Shown: piece by piece, positions 27,961 to 42,001 of the stretch | Position numbering within the stretch: the first letter of the stretch is position 1 | Layout: every line of letters begins with the position of its first letter | Origin: the human T2T-CHM13v2.0 reference genome, Homo sapiens | Direction: 5' to 3' (one strand) | DNA: 64,000 bases | Assembly (NCBI RefSeq): GCF_009914755.1 | Contig: NC_060931.1 | The notes under the pieces: generated by a model | Database searches by the model: none | The model's input: only the letters and a program-made list of their open reading frames with translations | What the model was told of the DNA's origin: nothing | Made by a program: the position numbers and the translations under genes

Positions 27961-29523
27961 AAAGATGTTACCCTATAAGAATATATATTCTATGCAAAAT
28001 AATAACACTACAAGAAGAGTAAAATCTTAAAAGTTATTTATTCATCTGAATTACCTTATAATTTTATTATTTCTTTCTCAGAGAATGAAGAATTTTGGCT
28101 TGGATATTTAATAAAACATTGGTATATATAATAGAATGATATTTTAACATTTCAATTATTGCATAAAATGTATTGCAGGAATTAAAAATATGGCAAAATA
28201 CTATCATATACTTAAATTTAACTCAGTAAATATTTACTAAGGTTGCCTGCATGCAAATCTGATAATATGTATAGAAGATTAGGAATTATATGTTCTATTC
28301 CAAGGATATTAACGCTCTTAGATACATGCACAAGGGGTCCCTGTCCTGGGGCCAGTGCTATAGAAAACCTTCTCTTCCCTCTTCAGGGCATGTGCCCATC
28401 ATGAGAAACCATGTCCTACCTTCTACAACACAAGCCATGTTATTTGGACTTCTAAATCTCCCTATGGGGTCCCTGAACTCACTTTTATGGCTTGCACATG
28501 CTTCTGTCTCAGGACACTCCGTCTCAGGGTAAACTACTCTATTACTGTGTTATACCTCTAGGTCCTAGAGGTGGTAAAGTTGAGCAGTCTTTTGCTGACA
28601 GTGATGACATTTCTTGCATTTGAGGGTCAGGGTATTTGTATGCAATTATACAAAGCTCATAATTGTATTGGATGGAGGTTGGAATGAGAGAAGTGAGGCA
28701 GGCCATGATGTTGTGGTCAGGAACTAGCCGTCCTATGTTATGGAGTCTGGTATGGAATTCAAGGAAACACTATAATTGTTACTTTGTATTTGGCTTTCTA
28801 GTTAATTATAAAGCTACAGTCATTACTTAGGAGACTAGAGCATATTTTATTTAATAGATGGTTACCTTTATTCATGATGTCTAACATTTATATATATAGT
28901 ATTGGTGCCTTTATATGTTCTCATGCCCTGGGTACCTCAAATGTTACAGGAGGTTCTGCCCAAGGAATTTGAAATCTATAGGTGAAAATATTCATCAACA
29001 ACCAACAGCAATAAAAGAAAGAAAGCAGTAACTCTCACCTAATAGAGATATAATGAACTGAAATGCTTTGAAATTAAGACGGTGGCTTGATCATCTTCTG
29101 ACGCAGAACTTACGAGGTTTCAAAAAGGATGAGTAACGTAAGCTGGTCCTTTAGAGATGTATAGGAGTTTAATAAATTGGTAGGTAGAAAAGGAATAGAT
29201 ATATAGATATATTTGTATATCTATATAGATCTAGATCTAGTTATTAATATATGCACAATATATGTACAAAACATGTATACAGTATATATTTTTAAATTAA
29301 ACACGCAAAAATATTCTGTTAAAAACTATATAAATTAAGAAATAGCAATGCATCTTACAAAAGAGCAAACAATATTTTAAAAGTATTGAGGTAAAGAAAA
29401 TGTTAGCTCCTCTAGTGATGTAAGGATTCTTTAATGATAATTAAATGCCTGATACTTAGGCTATGATCAGTATTAGAATATGAACAGAAGATCACAAAAT
29501 CAGAAGAAAGTTAAAAAACCTTA

Positions 29524-29792
<269 letters not shown>

Positions 29793-29949
29793 TTATTTCA
29801 TAGAATTTTACAAATATGCCCAAGAATACTTTGTATAAAAGGAAGGAGTTTATTTGTTGTGTATGTGTATACACACATATGTAAGGTAGTTTATTGTGAG
29901 TTTACTGTCTTCATTTATTGAGAGTAAATGATGTCGATTTATTAACTCA

Positions 29950-30430
29950 TATAATTATCCCAAATACTATGGGAGAGGCATATTATATTTATTCCCATTT
30001 TATAGAAAAGAAAACTCAGTGATAGAAAGATTATATTGATGTACAAGGTCACATAACTAGGAAGCAGCAGAGGAGGAGACAACACCAGGACTCTGACCTG
30101 CTTTTAACTGCGACGCACCATGTTTTGTGACCACCATGTATATTATACATTTTGTGCTATATGTTAAATGTTCTCTTTTCTAGAAGAGATACCAGAAAAT
30201 GTAATTATACTCTCTATTGACTCCTTTGTATTTTATTATTAGAAAGATATAAGAATGTTTCATTTGTTCAGTCGTTTAACAAACATAAATATTATATACC
30301 AAGCTCTATGCTCGATCTTCAGGCATTTAAAATCTAACAGGGTAGCTATGTATACAGATATCATAGTGTAGTAGGATTAGATAAGTGCTATAAGAGAGGT
30401 CGAATTACATACAGTGGCAAAAAGTATATA
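29950..30430 (-). mobile_element. MIR followed by L2 3' fragment
   Basis: attcccattttatagaaaagaaaactcag...caaggtcacataactagga (MIR); ttcatttgttcagtcgtttaacaaaca (L2). Confidence 0.65.
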
Positions 30431-31018
30431 GTATTCATTTTTTAGAGCGAACCAAATCATGCTCCAAAAATAAGAAAACCTCACATCTCATGGCTTAACA
30501 CAACATAGTATTATTTCTCATAAACAACAATATCCAATGATGATTGAAAATAAGGGACGTAATTAATTAGTTACTACAGGTCTCAAAATATTTACTTGAC
30601 TTATTGCGGGAGTGGAACACTCTTAAAACTTGGGTCAAAAACTAAAATGTCATTTGTGCTTCTTGTCCAAAGCAAGGATTGAAAGGAGACATAAGCATGA
30701 AAAGAGAAAATAACTATAATAGTGGTTAACAACTCAAATAAATATCAAGTTGATATAAACAAAGAGGAAATTGACTCTGGCTATGAGATTAGGGGCACAC
30801 TAATAATGAACTTAATAGATAATTAAACATTTAATTTAATAGACTATTGTCTACATTACCTACATATACCTTCTGTCTATATTTCTTTAGGCATTCATTT
30901 GAAGAGAACATTTCTATCCATTCATTTTTTTTGACACGATCAGAAATATATGTGGGTTTGTGCATGCATGCTCATATGTGTATTGCATGTATGTATATAT
31001 TTTATTTCACTGATAATA

Positions 31019-34000
31019 CAGGCAAACCTTAGAAATAATGTGGATTCAGCTCCAGACCACAGCAATAAAATAAATAGTGCAATAAAGTGAGCCACATACA
31101 TTTTTTGGTTTCCCAAAACCAAAATACATGTAAAAGTTACATTTACACTCTACTGTTGTCTATTATATGTGCAAAAGCATTATGTCTAAAAAATGTACAT
31201 ACCTTAATTAAAAATACTTTTTTTTTGCTAGCAAATGCTAATGTTCATCTTATCCTTCAACAAGTTGTAATTTTTTTTGTTAGTGAAGGGCCTTGCCTCA
31301 ATGTTGATGGCTGCTAACTGATCCAGGTGGTGGTTGGTGAAGGCTGTGGTGGCTGTGGCATTTTCTTAAAACAAGACAACAATGAAGTTTGCCACCTTAA
31401 TTGACTTCAATTCATGAATGATTTCTCTGTTGAATGTGTAGTACTTGATAGCAGTTTGCCCATAGTAGAACCTCTTCAAAATTGTAATCAGTCCTCTCAA
31501 ACCCTGCTGCTGCTTTATCAAGTAAGTTTATGTAAAATTCTAAGTCCAATGTTGTTATTTTGACCACGTTCATAACATTTTCACCAAAAGTAGATTTCAT
31601 CTCAAGAACCACTTTCTCTGCTCATTCATAGGAAACAAATCCTCATCTATTCAAGTTTTATCATGAGATTGCAATAATTTAGTCATTTCTACAGGCTCCA
31701 CTTCTAAATCTAATTCTCCTTCTGTTTCTACCACATATGTAATTACTTTCTTCATTGAAGTCTTGAGCCCTTCAAAGTTATTCTGGAGGGCTGAAATCAA
31801 CTTTTTGCAAACTTGCAAATTCCTCTTAATATTGTTATTTTCCCCTGCTCCCATGAATCACAAATGTTCTTAATGGCACCTAGAATGGTGGATCCTTTCC
31901 AAAAAATTTTCGATGTACTTTGCCCATAACCATCAGAGGATCAACTATCTGTGATCGCTATAGCCTTACAAAATGTATTTCTTAAATAATAAGACTTGAG
32001 AGTCAAAATTGCTCCTTAATCCATGGGCTAAAGAATGGATTCTGTGTTAGCAGGCATGAAAACAGCATTGATCTCCTTGTACATCTCCATCAGAGCTCTT
32101 GGATGACTAAGTATAGTGTCAATGAACAGTAATATTTTGAAAGTATTTTTTTTTCTCTGAACAGTTGGTCTCTACAGTGGGCGTAAAATATTCAGTGAGC
32201 CATGCTGTCAAAAGATGTGCTATCGTCTAGGCTGTGTTGTCAGTTTTATAGAGCACAGGCAGAATAGATGTAGTATAATTCTTAAAAGCCCTAGGTTTTT
32301 CAGAATGGTAAATGAGAATTGGCTTCAATTTAAAGTCACCAGCTGCATTAACCCCTAATGAGAGAGTCAGCCTATCCTTTGAAGCTTTGAAGTCAGGCAG
32401 TAACTTCTCTTCTTTAGCTATGAAAGTCCAGGATGGCATCTCCTTCCAATATTAGGCTGTTTCATTTACATTGAAAATCAGTTATTTAGTGCAACTACCT
32501 TCATCAATGATTTTTTTTTTATTTTTTAAGTTCTAGGGTACATGTGCACAACGTGCAGGTTTGTTACATATGTATACATGTGCCATGTTGGTGTGCTGCA
32601 CCCATTAACTTGTCCTTTACATTAGGTGTTTCCCCTAATGCTATCCCTCCGCCCTCTCCCCTAATGCTATCCTTCTGCCCTCTCCCCACCCCATGACAGG
32701 CCCCAGTGTGTGATGTTCCCCATCCTGTGTCCAAATGTTCTCATTGTTCAATTCCCACCTATGAGTGAGAACATGCAGTGTTTGGTTTTCTGTCCTTGTG
32801 ATAGTTTGCTGAGAATGATGGTTTCCAGCTTCATCCATGTCCCTACAAAGGACATGAACTAATCCTTTTTTATGGCTGCATAGTATTCCATGGTGTATAT
32901 GTGCCACATTTTCTTAATCCACTCTATCATTGCTGGACATTTGGGTTGGGGTTCCAAGACTTTGCTATTGTGAATAGTGCCACAATAAACATACGTGTGC
33001 ATGTGTCTTTATAATAGCATGATTTATAATTGAAATGCAAATCAAAACCACAATGAGATACCATCTCACACCAGTTAGAATGGCGATCATTAAAAAGTCA
33101 GGAAACAACAGGTGCTGGAGAGGATGTGGAGAAATAGGAACATTTTTACACTGCTGGTGGGAGTGTAAACTAGTTCAACCACTGTGGAAGACAGTGTGGT
33201 GATTCCTCAAGGATCTAGATAGAACTAGAAATACTATTTGACACATCAATGATCTTAGCTACATCTTCTGGATAGTTCCTGCAGCTTCTCCATGGCACTT
33301 GTGCTTCACTTTGCACTTTGATGTTCAGACATAGCTTCTTTCCTTAAATGTCATGAAACAACCTCCGCTAGCTTTAAACTTATCTTCTGAAGCTTTGTCA
33401 CCTCTCTCAGCCTTCACAGAGTGAGAGAGTTAGGGCTTTGTTGTGGATTAGGCTTTAGCTTAAGGGAATGTTTTGGCTGGTGTGATATCCTATCCAGACC
33501 ACTCACACTTTCTCCCTATCAGCCAATAAGACTGCTTCACTTTCTTATCCTTCATAAGTTAATTGGAGTAGCACTTTTAATTTCCTTCAAGAACTTTTGC
33601 TTTGCATTCACAACTCAGCTAACTGGCACACAAGGCTTAGGTTTTACTCTATCTCAGCTTTTGACTTATTTTACTCCTTGAGTTTAATCATTTCTAGATT
33701 TTGATTTAAAGCGAGAGATGTACTTTTTTTTTTTTAGCTTGAACACTTAGAGGACATTGTAGAGTTATTAACTGGCCTAATTTCAATATCATTATGTCTC
33801 ATGGAATAGACAGCCCTGAGGAGAGGGAGAGACACAGAAGAATGACTGGTCAATGGAAAAACCAAAACACTCACTGCATTTACCCATTACGTTCACAGTC
33901 TTAGATAAGCATGATTTGTGGTGCCCCAAAACAGTTACAAAAGTAACATCAAAGTCATTGACCACAGATCACCATACTATATATAATAATAATGAAATGT

Positions 34001-34179
34001 TTGAAATATTGTGAGAATTACCAAAACGTGACGCAGAGACACAAACCTTGCACGTACAGTTGAAAAAATGCCAGTCATAGACTTGCTTGATCTAGAGTTG
34101 CTATCAATTTTCATTTTTTACAAAACACACTATCTGCCAAACACAATAAAGTGACACACAATAAAAGAAAGTCTGCCTA
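31019..34179 (-). mobile_element. Essentially full-length Tigger1 DNA transposon (dead transposase), interrupted by an L1PA
   Basis: TA + caggcaaacct terminus and ...gtctgcct terminus; ORF-track peptide [35 protein letters not shown] is Tigger1 transposase; about 2.43 kb after removing the L1. Confidence 0.92.
32512..33243 (-). mobile_element. 5'-truncated, 5'-inverted L1PA (PA5/6-like)
   Basis: polyT plus antisense 3'UTR to ~33030, then sense-oriented ORF2 end 33031-33243; TSD catcaatgat at 32502 and 33244. Confidence 0.92.
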
Positions 34180-34606
34180 GATGTAAGAGTTACTATCATA
34201 TTAAATTAGATTCATGTCTAAAATTAAATTTTCTCTAAAAAAATTCAGTGTGGAAATCACTTTCCAACTGAATAATATTCGATAAAGCCAATACAGAATC
34301 TAATGTGAAAAAACCAGTTATCTGAGTCTATGATGAACACGTGCTTAATTTATATCAGATCAGACTAAACTAGAAATGACATGCTTGGTTTTGTTTTTAT
34401 TAGGTGAGGATTAGGAGTGATTAGGTAAAATCAATCCCCCACTAATTACTGCATTCCACGGCTTAAGAAGTAAACTGTAATTGGATAAGATTTTTTAAAA
34501 AATTTCTACTGTGTATGCAGACAAGGGAATTAGGAGGTGAATTTATAACATCGATTGTTTTGCTGGCAAAACACATAAGAAGGTGCAATCTTATTAAGAA
34601 ATAGCT

Positions 34607-34743
34607 GGCTGGATGTGTTGGTTCATGCCTCTAATCCCAACAATTTGGGAGGCTGAGGCGGGAAGAACACTTGACACCAGGAGTTCAAAACCAGCCTGGT
34701 TAACATGGCGAGACCTCAGCTCTACAAAAGAAAATTGTTAAAA
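34607..34743 (+). mobile_element. Alu monomer (FLAM_C-like)
   Basis: Single arm with tail; perfect TSD aagaaatagct at 34596-34606 and 34744-34754. Confidence 0.9.
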
Positions 34744-34759
34744 AAGAAATAGCTATGTC

Positions 34760-35200
34760 AAACCATTTGCTATTGTTTTAGGTAATAGAAACCAGAAACT
34801 CAAATTCAAGTAAATTAGGTTAAGCTTAGCAGAAATGTCAATAGATGTTTGTCTCTCTTTCTTTTTATTTTTTTCTCTCTCTCTCATTTTCCCTCTCCCT
34901 GTCATTACTTTTACTAGTTCTCTAATCTTCTTTGTTGCCTTTACATGAGCTCCATATTGAGGCACCAAGAATTTTAGGCTTGCCTGCTTCTCAGAACCAC
35001 TGATCCCAGAGAAAAGCATGACTCTCACCCAATGCTTGGATTAAAACTAAGTGCCCTGAAAGAGTTTTATGCCCACATCTGCAGCTAGAGAATCAGCATC
35101 TCCATAAACACATGTAATTGGAGGTTGGTTCTTCCCTTTATAAATAGAGATTTTCTTTTCAGAAGACACAGAAAAAAAATGCTAGCTAAACACTGAAAGA
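34760..35200 (-). mobile_element. Old ERVL/MaLR LTR remnant (LTR33/MLT1-like)
   Basis: aaaccagaaactcaaattcaagt...aagcttagcagaaa and a terminal gaaaaaaaatgctag motif; weak. Confidence 0.35.
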
Positions 35201-36582
35201 AAAATAACAGCAACAGAAACAGCAGGAACAAAAAACATTAAAAATATATCATCTACAAAACAGTTTACCTTTACACACTTCTTTAAGGGGTAAAAAGTTA
35301 TCAAAACATAAATAAATAAATAACATATGAGTCAAACAGTAGAGAAAGGGCAATGATTATCAGTATGTGTTTGTACCTTTAATTTTTTTATAGACTAGTC
35401 ATTCTACAAATGGCTTCAAAAATAAACTCTGGTTTCTTTAAATGCCGCAGAGGCAGAAACAAGTATGTCTTTCAGAGTCTGAGAGTCAACTTTGATAATA
35501 AAGAGAATGCAGTATTCTTCAGACCACAAAAATTCTCAATCAAGACACTAGCCCAAATTATATAGTCCAAATTATACAGTAAATGTATTATTTCCCATTA
35601 AAACTTGTATATTCATATTTGTTTTAAGTCTAGTTTCAAAAAATAGTGTGCTCTCTAGTTTTGCCCTCCTGAAATGACTTATATAATTATTATATTTCTT
35701 TTAACATCAGGATTTATACAGGACTATATTACATAATTACTTACTAGTGAAATTATGTAAAATAAGGGAATTTGCCAGAAAGCATCAGAGTGAACATATA
35801 TTATTTATGTTCACATCAAAAACATAAAAGCAAATTTAGAAGCAATTACTTATTTACAGGTGGCTTGGAAATCTCGAATTCTGACATTTCTTGCAAAAAA
35901 CAAAGCTACGTATTTATTGTCCACATTTCATAATTTTTGTGTGACAAAGGAAGAAAGTTGGAGTGTTTCAAGTGAAAATTAAACTAATTGCAAAGTAGAT
36001 ATGAAACTTGCAGAGCTTGGAATAAATTTTCCTAAAGGAAAACAACTTTTTGGCAACCACTCATAAAACGAGAAGTGTAGGGTTAGTTACAATAAATCTA
36101 TAGTCTAGTTTTCAAGAAAATATGTGCTTGGAATGTATTCGTAAAACCATATCCTCCAATCTTCCAAACTGAAATTATATTCAGAGATAAAATTTTTAAT
36201 ATTAGATCATAGACTTCGATTTTTACTGAGCTTACTTAGTACAAAAATTATTTTGATAAAATTGGTTGTATTGTCAACTTATCTGCCATCCTTTTTATTA
36301 ACAAGTGATGTCAATTTTCAAATATCTCATACTTTTTACATATAACAAAACCGTAAAACATGAGTTGTCACATCAAATCTCATTCTATACACAGAAAAAG
36401 TCCATTAGTGACTCCTTCTTCTATACTATAGTTAAAATATCAGTTAGTTTTAAATTTCCAAATCAGAATTCTCTTTGAGATGCAATCCCAATAGCTATAA
36501 ATAGCTACTTATTCAACCTTAAAATTCTTTTCTGGAACAATAATTAGTATATTCCTCTTTCTCTTGATTTTATTCATGACAG

Positions 36583-36620
36583 CTCTTATAAAAAACGGTT
36601 TTCTTTTTGAAGATTGGTAG
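36583..36620 (+). other. Candidate 38-nt exon of a plus-strand transcript
   Basis: Pyrimidine-rich acceptor ttcctctttctcttgattttattcatgacag and donor TAG|gtaagt; every frame hits a stop by the exon end. Confidence 0.4.
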
Positions 36621-37427
36621 GTAAGTATTTATCCGACTGAAAAATACAAATAATTATTTTGGATGCAAATTTCATACTGTAAGCTGTTAAAATCATTTTC
36701 TGTCTCATTAATCACTGCCATCAAGTTACTAGACTTAGACCACAGGTTACCAAATGAAATTATAGACTGTATTTTCCTGTAGCGATAATTATGATTTTTA
36801 AAAAGTGTTTCTTTCATTAAATTGCATATTCTTTATTGTTGCAATAGTATCTTCTTCATTAGTGAGATTTCATTGTCTATAACAATGCCTGGAGAGTTCC
36901 GTACTTGCTCAAGAGAGCTTATTAGCACTTTCAAAAAATACAGCAAATAGGTAGCAATATACTTATTTTATCAGACTTTTGTTATATCTAGATTTAATAG
37001 GATACATCTGGAAGCTAATTTTAATTATTACTTTTTATTTTGTAGAAGTGTAATCATAAATATGTATGAAAACCACACATTTCCAGAAATAAGAGTTTCC
37101 TTGCTTTGTGTACTGTAATGTAGAAATTTGTCTCTGTTGTTGGTATTTTTGATAATGGGTAAATACCTTTGCTTCTCACTTCTTAAGAAAATTGCCTCAA
37201 GGTTTAACTACAGTCAAAGCTAATACCTCATTTATGTCCCTTTAATAAAGTATATTACAATGAAACATGATTGAATAAATACATATTTAAATTTAAATAA
37301 CTGGATAAATGAAACAAAGGAACTCAAATTTATTCGTATGCTGTAATTCCATTATGTATACAATTCCATAGCAAACTTGTACATTAAAATACCAATTTCC
37401 ATTTTAGGATTCAGACAGTATACTTAC

Positions 37428-37470
37428 CTTCTTCCACTTAATTAAGCTCTGGATATGGATTGCCATCTTT
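37428..37470 (-). other. Candidate 43-nt minus-strand exon
   Basis: Acceptor tattttacaattag, consensus donor AAG|gtaagt. Confidence 0.3.
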
Positions 37471-40100
37471 CTAATTGTAAAATATACTTTCTCTTTACTA
37501 CATGATACTGTTTTCATTTCACTATCACTTAAACAGGGGTAAGTAGGAGTGACTTAAAATTAATGGTGTTGAAATAATGTAAATGTTGATTTTTAGAAAT
37601 GTGCAACTAATAAGCTATAAAAGTTACAATAATAAATAATACATCTTTCTCTCACTTTTTCTTTCACTTACAAATACTTTAAGTAAGGATACTCCACACA
37701 GGGCTTATAATGCCTTTGTAATGTAAAATATTAAAAATAAAATAAAAAAAGACAAGCAGGCATTTGATTTACTCATTTTAAGTAAATTACTAAATTATTA
37801 TTTCTTCATTTATACTTGCTCACATGTTTCATACGATTCCTAACAGTGGTGTACTGGGAATGTTTTCCTGTAGAGAATAATTTTTAAATGCTTCTTCTTC
37901 AATAGAACAAAAGTATTTTAAAAAATATTCATGTAATAAAATAAATAATAATGGGCAGGAAAAAAACATTGTGAATTTTTTCATATTTTACTTTACATGT
38001 AATAATGTCAATAAAAAATAAAACATCACTATACAAAAAATGAAAATATAACAGATTAATATTTGTAATTCAATTAATGTAGTTTTTAAAAACATAAAAT
38101 TATAATTAAATATTGGTCTGCCACAGTAATGCATAGCAACATTCAAGTTTAAGAGCCTTCATTTCTGCCAATTTGTCAAGGACTTTATCAAAATTTGCCA
38201 TATCCACATATTCTTGTTTATAAACATTTTAATGAGATTTGCCAACCTGTTTTAATTCATACTTGATTGAAGTATGTATTTTAAACCTATCTTTTAAAAG
38301 ATATTTTCACATGAAGAAGCAGCTTTGCAAGAAGTTAGAAAAAGTCTTGAATATAAGAATAATCGTGAAAAAGATTTTAACACAAATATCTCAAATGGTT
38401 TATACAATAAAATTTAGCAATTCAAGTTCTATTTCAGCACAGTCACTAAAGTGTGATTTTATATTTCAAATATAATTTCTAAATGTAAGAATATTCTGTA
38501 TGACTGTGCTTAGAAGCACAAAATCTGTCCACAAAGCTAAAATGGTTTTGAAATATTACAAAGTTACACCCAAAACAAATGTGTGAGGCCAAATCCCTAT
38601 ATGTGATAGTCAACTGTCTTACTGGTATTTCTTCAAATTAACTTTCTCAAAGAAGACATTTATTAAATACAAAATAGTGTTAATTTGAATCTTAGAGATA
38701 CATTATTAAAATTCAATTGTAACTCAGCAATTATTTGGAGGCTTTATGCAAAAGATCATTTCAAGGAGAAATAGTTTATTTAGATTCATGGAGATAATGA
38801 AAAGCTAATTAACAGTAGGTCTTTTATTAATTTTAAAGTTCTCAAGAGATCATCTACCACAGCCCTATTTTGGACACATGACTGCCTTTTTGGGAATTCA
38901 TAGTGTGACGGTTTTTTATATCATACTAACACTCAAGAAGAAAATTACATTAAATTTTAAAATTTGAATGAAATAAGAACTTCAAAGAGTATGATTAAGA
39001 AAAACTTTGAAACAAATGTTTTAGCTTTTTTTATTTTATTGGACACAAAGTAATTATTTTGAAAATGTATCAGAAATTTTTAGATACATTAAAATAATTT
39101 ATAGTATAAAAATAAATTAAACATAGTGGTCATTTTTACCATTTTTTCCCTCAGTCTCAAGCTAACTTAGATGGTTAATGATATAAATTGAATCCACTTT
39201 AAAATCTTTAAGTTGTTGTTACTGATTTTTTTTCCAAGTAAACATTAAAACCTGCCCTTATTTGTCAAAAAACTAATAACTAATAAGTGAATGTAGTTGA
39301 GATCACTTTACAGAATACAATCCGGGACATTTAATTTCGGTTTTGAAAATATAAGCAATGTGAAATATTTTATTATTGCAAAGGTTAGTGAGAAATTAAT
39401 TCCAAATACTTTTTGTAAATGAAATAGATAAAGGAAACACTGTCCCTGAGAAGCAGATGATACAGTCCCTTAGTTTATATCATTCTGAGTCAGGGAACAT
39501 GGCCTTTATACGCACTGTTATCAATGAATTTGAAATGACTCCAAAGTTCAAACATCAGTGAAGCATCACATCGTATGTTCAAATCAGATGACTGTTTAGC
39601 TAGGCAAATGCCATTTATATTTCAGAAGACATCCATGTTATAATCAAAAATGAATTAGTAGACATGGAAACTTCAAGCACCATTTGTCATCTGGAACTCA
39701 TGTGCATTAATATGCCTCATATCTTTGACTCTGAGAAAAGCTAAGTCAATTCCAGAATTACCATAACATTCAAAACTAAACAGTAATGCATTTTAAAGTG
39801 AATGTATTGAAAATTGAATGCCAACTGAAAATAAATAATGGCACCTTTTAAAATTAAATTACAAAAGGCTTTTTCTTTGTCCTTTACCCTATTGTCATCC
39901 TCAGTTAGCATAACTGTCACATTTCTACCACTTATATCCTATAACAAAAATGGTTTAGAATATAAAATGAGATAAAACACATACCTAATTCTACTTAAGT
40001 GAATCTGTGATAAATGTACTTGGTTTCTTATAAAGGAAAAATTCAATGTTATTCTACTAATTGATTGTGTCTTCTACATAAGAGTCTGTTAGTAACTTAC

Positions 40101-40159
40101 CTGAGTTTATTTATATCATTATTACTTTTAATATACAATGTTCTCTGAATATATTTGCA
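40101..40159 (-). other. Candidate 59-nt minus-strand exon
   Basis: Acceptor tttcattctgtctctccttattgaag, donor CAG|gtaagt. Confidence 0.3.
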
Positions 40160-40789
40160 CTTCAATAAGGAGAGACAGAATGAAACAAACCATTAATGTG
40201 TTAAAATGTTATATATACTAAGGGACAACATAATATTTATGGTAAAAATAAAGTTATAAAGTATTTTTTGTCCTTCTTAATAAGCCCTAAAAAATGAACC
40301 CATAAAATTGAATTACTTTTTAAGCCTAAAAGCAAAAACAAACCAAACAAAGGACAGCTGAAGCTGTATTTTGCCGATAGATTACTCTCTCTTTGTGTAT
40401 GGGTATGTGTATGTGTACTGTTACAATGAACACTCTGCCAGAATACATGAATCATTCTAATTATCTAGGAGGGAAACTGCAAAACAAAACATAAAATCCT
40501 AACCGTCAAATACTATTAACTAAAACTAATTTACAGAATTTCTCAATTTTTATGAACCAAATGGATAATATCCAAGCTTTCAAATGCAGTAATTGCAGAA
40601 ACACTTTACCTATATCAAAACACTTTATTAGAGCACTTCAGTCATATTAAAGTACTATATAGTTTTACACATGTACTTTTATTTTTTTATTTGCTAATTA
40701 CGAATTATGTAAACAAACAAAACATCATTTATAACCAATAAGAATTGAAGCCCCAAGAAATTGAACGTAATAGATAAAATTGATAAAAA

Positions 40790-41190
40790 TCATGCATGGA
40801 TTGATTAAATAATGAAAATAGAAATAGTAGCCATAATAAGATTAGCAGCTTCATTTTTTAGGTTCATTTGTGTGTAAAACTTTAAAAACCCAACCAATTG
40901 AATTTAGATAATTAAAATATATTTTAAATTATGAATTTATTGGCAGTACCATTCAGCAGTATAAGCACAGCTGAAGAGACAGTGAAATGGAAGAGAGGTA
41001 TGAAACCTTACCCAGAATGAAGTATAGAAAATTAAAGATAATAAATTAAGACGTGGATGATAGAGTGAAATGATCCAATAAATGTATATTCAGAATTCAG
41101 AAAACTGAGTCTCCAGACAACTGAAGACAAAATGGCTGTAACTTTGTCCATAATTGAAGTAAAAAGATGAATCCACAAATCAGACTTATT
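40790..41190 (+). mobile_element. Degraded old L1M ORF1-region fragment
   Basis: acagctgaagagacagtgaaatggaagag...ggatgatagagtgaaatgatccaataaatgtat. Confidence 0.55.
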
Positions 41191-41269
41191 GGAAATGTGT
41201 GTCTGTATGTATTGTTATATATGTATCTGTGTGATGTGTGTTGATATATATTATGCATATGTAAATGCG

Positions 41270-41642
41270 TGTTACGGACTGAATGTTTTTGTCCCCCAAC
41301 ATTAACATGTTGCCAATGTTAACGTTAACATGTTAACAATGTATGTGATGGTATTAAGAGGTTTAGGAGGTACAAAGTCCTGAACATTGGAGTCCTCATG
41401 AATAAGATTAGTGCTGCTGTAAGAAGAGTCTTGAGAGCTTGCTCTCTCTCTCTCTGCTCTTCACCATGTGAGGATACAATGAGAAGATGGCCATCTGTAT
41501 GTCACTAAGCAAGTCCTTAGAAGTCACTGAATCTGTAAGCACCTTGGTCTTGGACTTTCTAATCTCCAGAACTAAGAGAAATACATGTTTAAATCACATA
41601 CTCTATAGTAATTTGTTACAGCAGCACAAACTGACTAAAATA
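41270..41642 (+). mobile_element. MLT1A0-like solo LTR
   Basis: tgttacggactgaatgtttttgtccccc ... ccatgtgaggatacaatgagaagatggccatctg ... actgactaaaata. Confidence 0.85.
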
Positions 41643-41860
41643 GTGTATGTATAAATTAGGGGATAATTGCATGATGACTTAAAAAATTACTAGCATTCTA
41701 ATTTGGTACATGAAAACTTTCCAGAAATGATTTTGATTACTATCAAGTGTAGTTAGTTCAAAATATTTCAATTGTGAATATGACATCATTAATTTTGTAA
41801 AGAACTAACATTAAGTGTTATGTGGATAAAAGAATAAATTATGAATTTAATGAATATGTT

Positions 41861-42001
41861 TTTATTAAGTTCACATTATCACTTGACTAAAATGTGGCTG
41901 ATATACCACATAAAATATTTTCATTAATTCTAGAAAATTGAATAAATCACTAATTTTTTAAATAGCTGTATCTATTATAAACATTAATCCATTGATTTAT
42001 T
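41861..42001 (-). terminator. Candidate polyadenylation signals of the minus-strand gene
   Basis: AATAAA on the minus strand at 41996-42001 and 41861-41866, about 510-650 nt after the stop; weak in AT-rich DNA. Confidence 0.35.

Noticed and set aside
29200-29227. 12-bp inverted repeat tatatagatata/tatatctatata
   Set aside because: Low-complexity TA-rich sequence; expected by chance
31412-32439. Transposase-like ORFs as a domesticated TIGD-type gene
   Set aside because: Broken by stops, frameshifts and an L1 insertion
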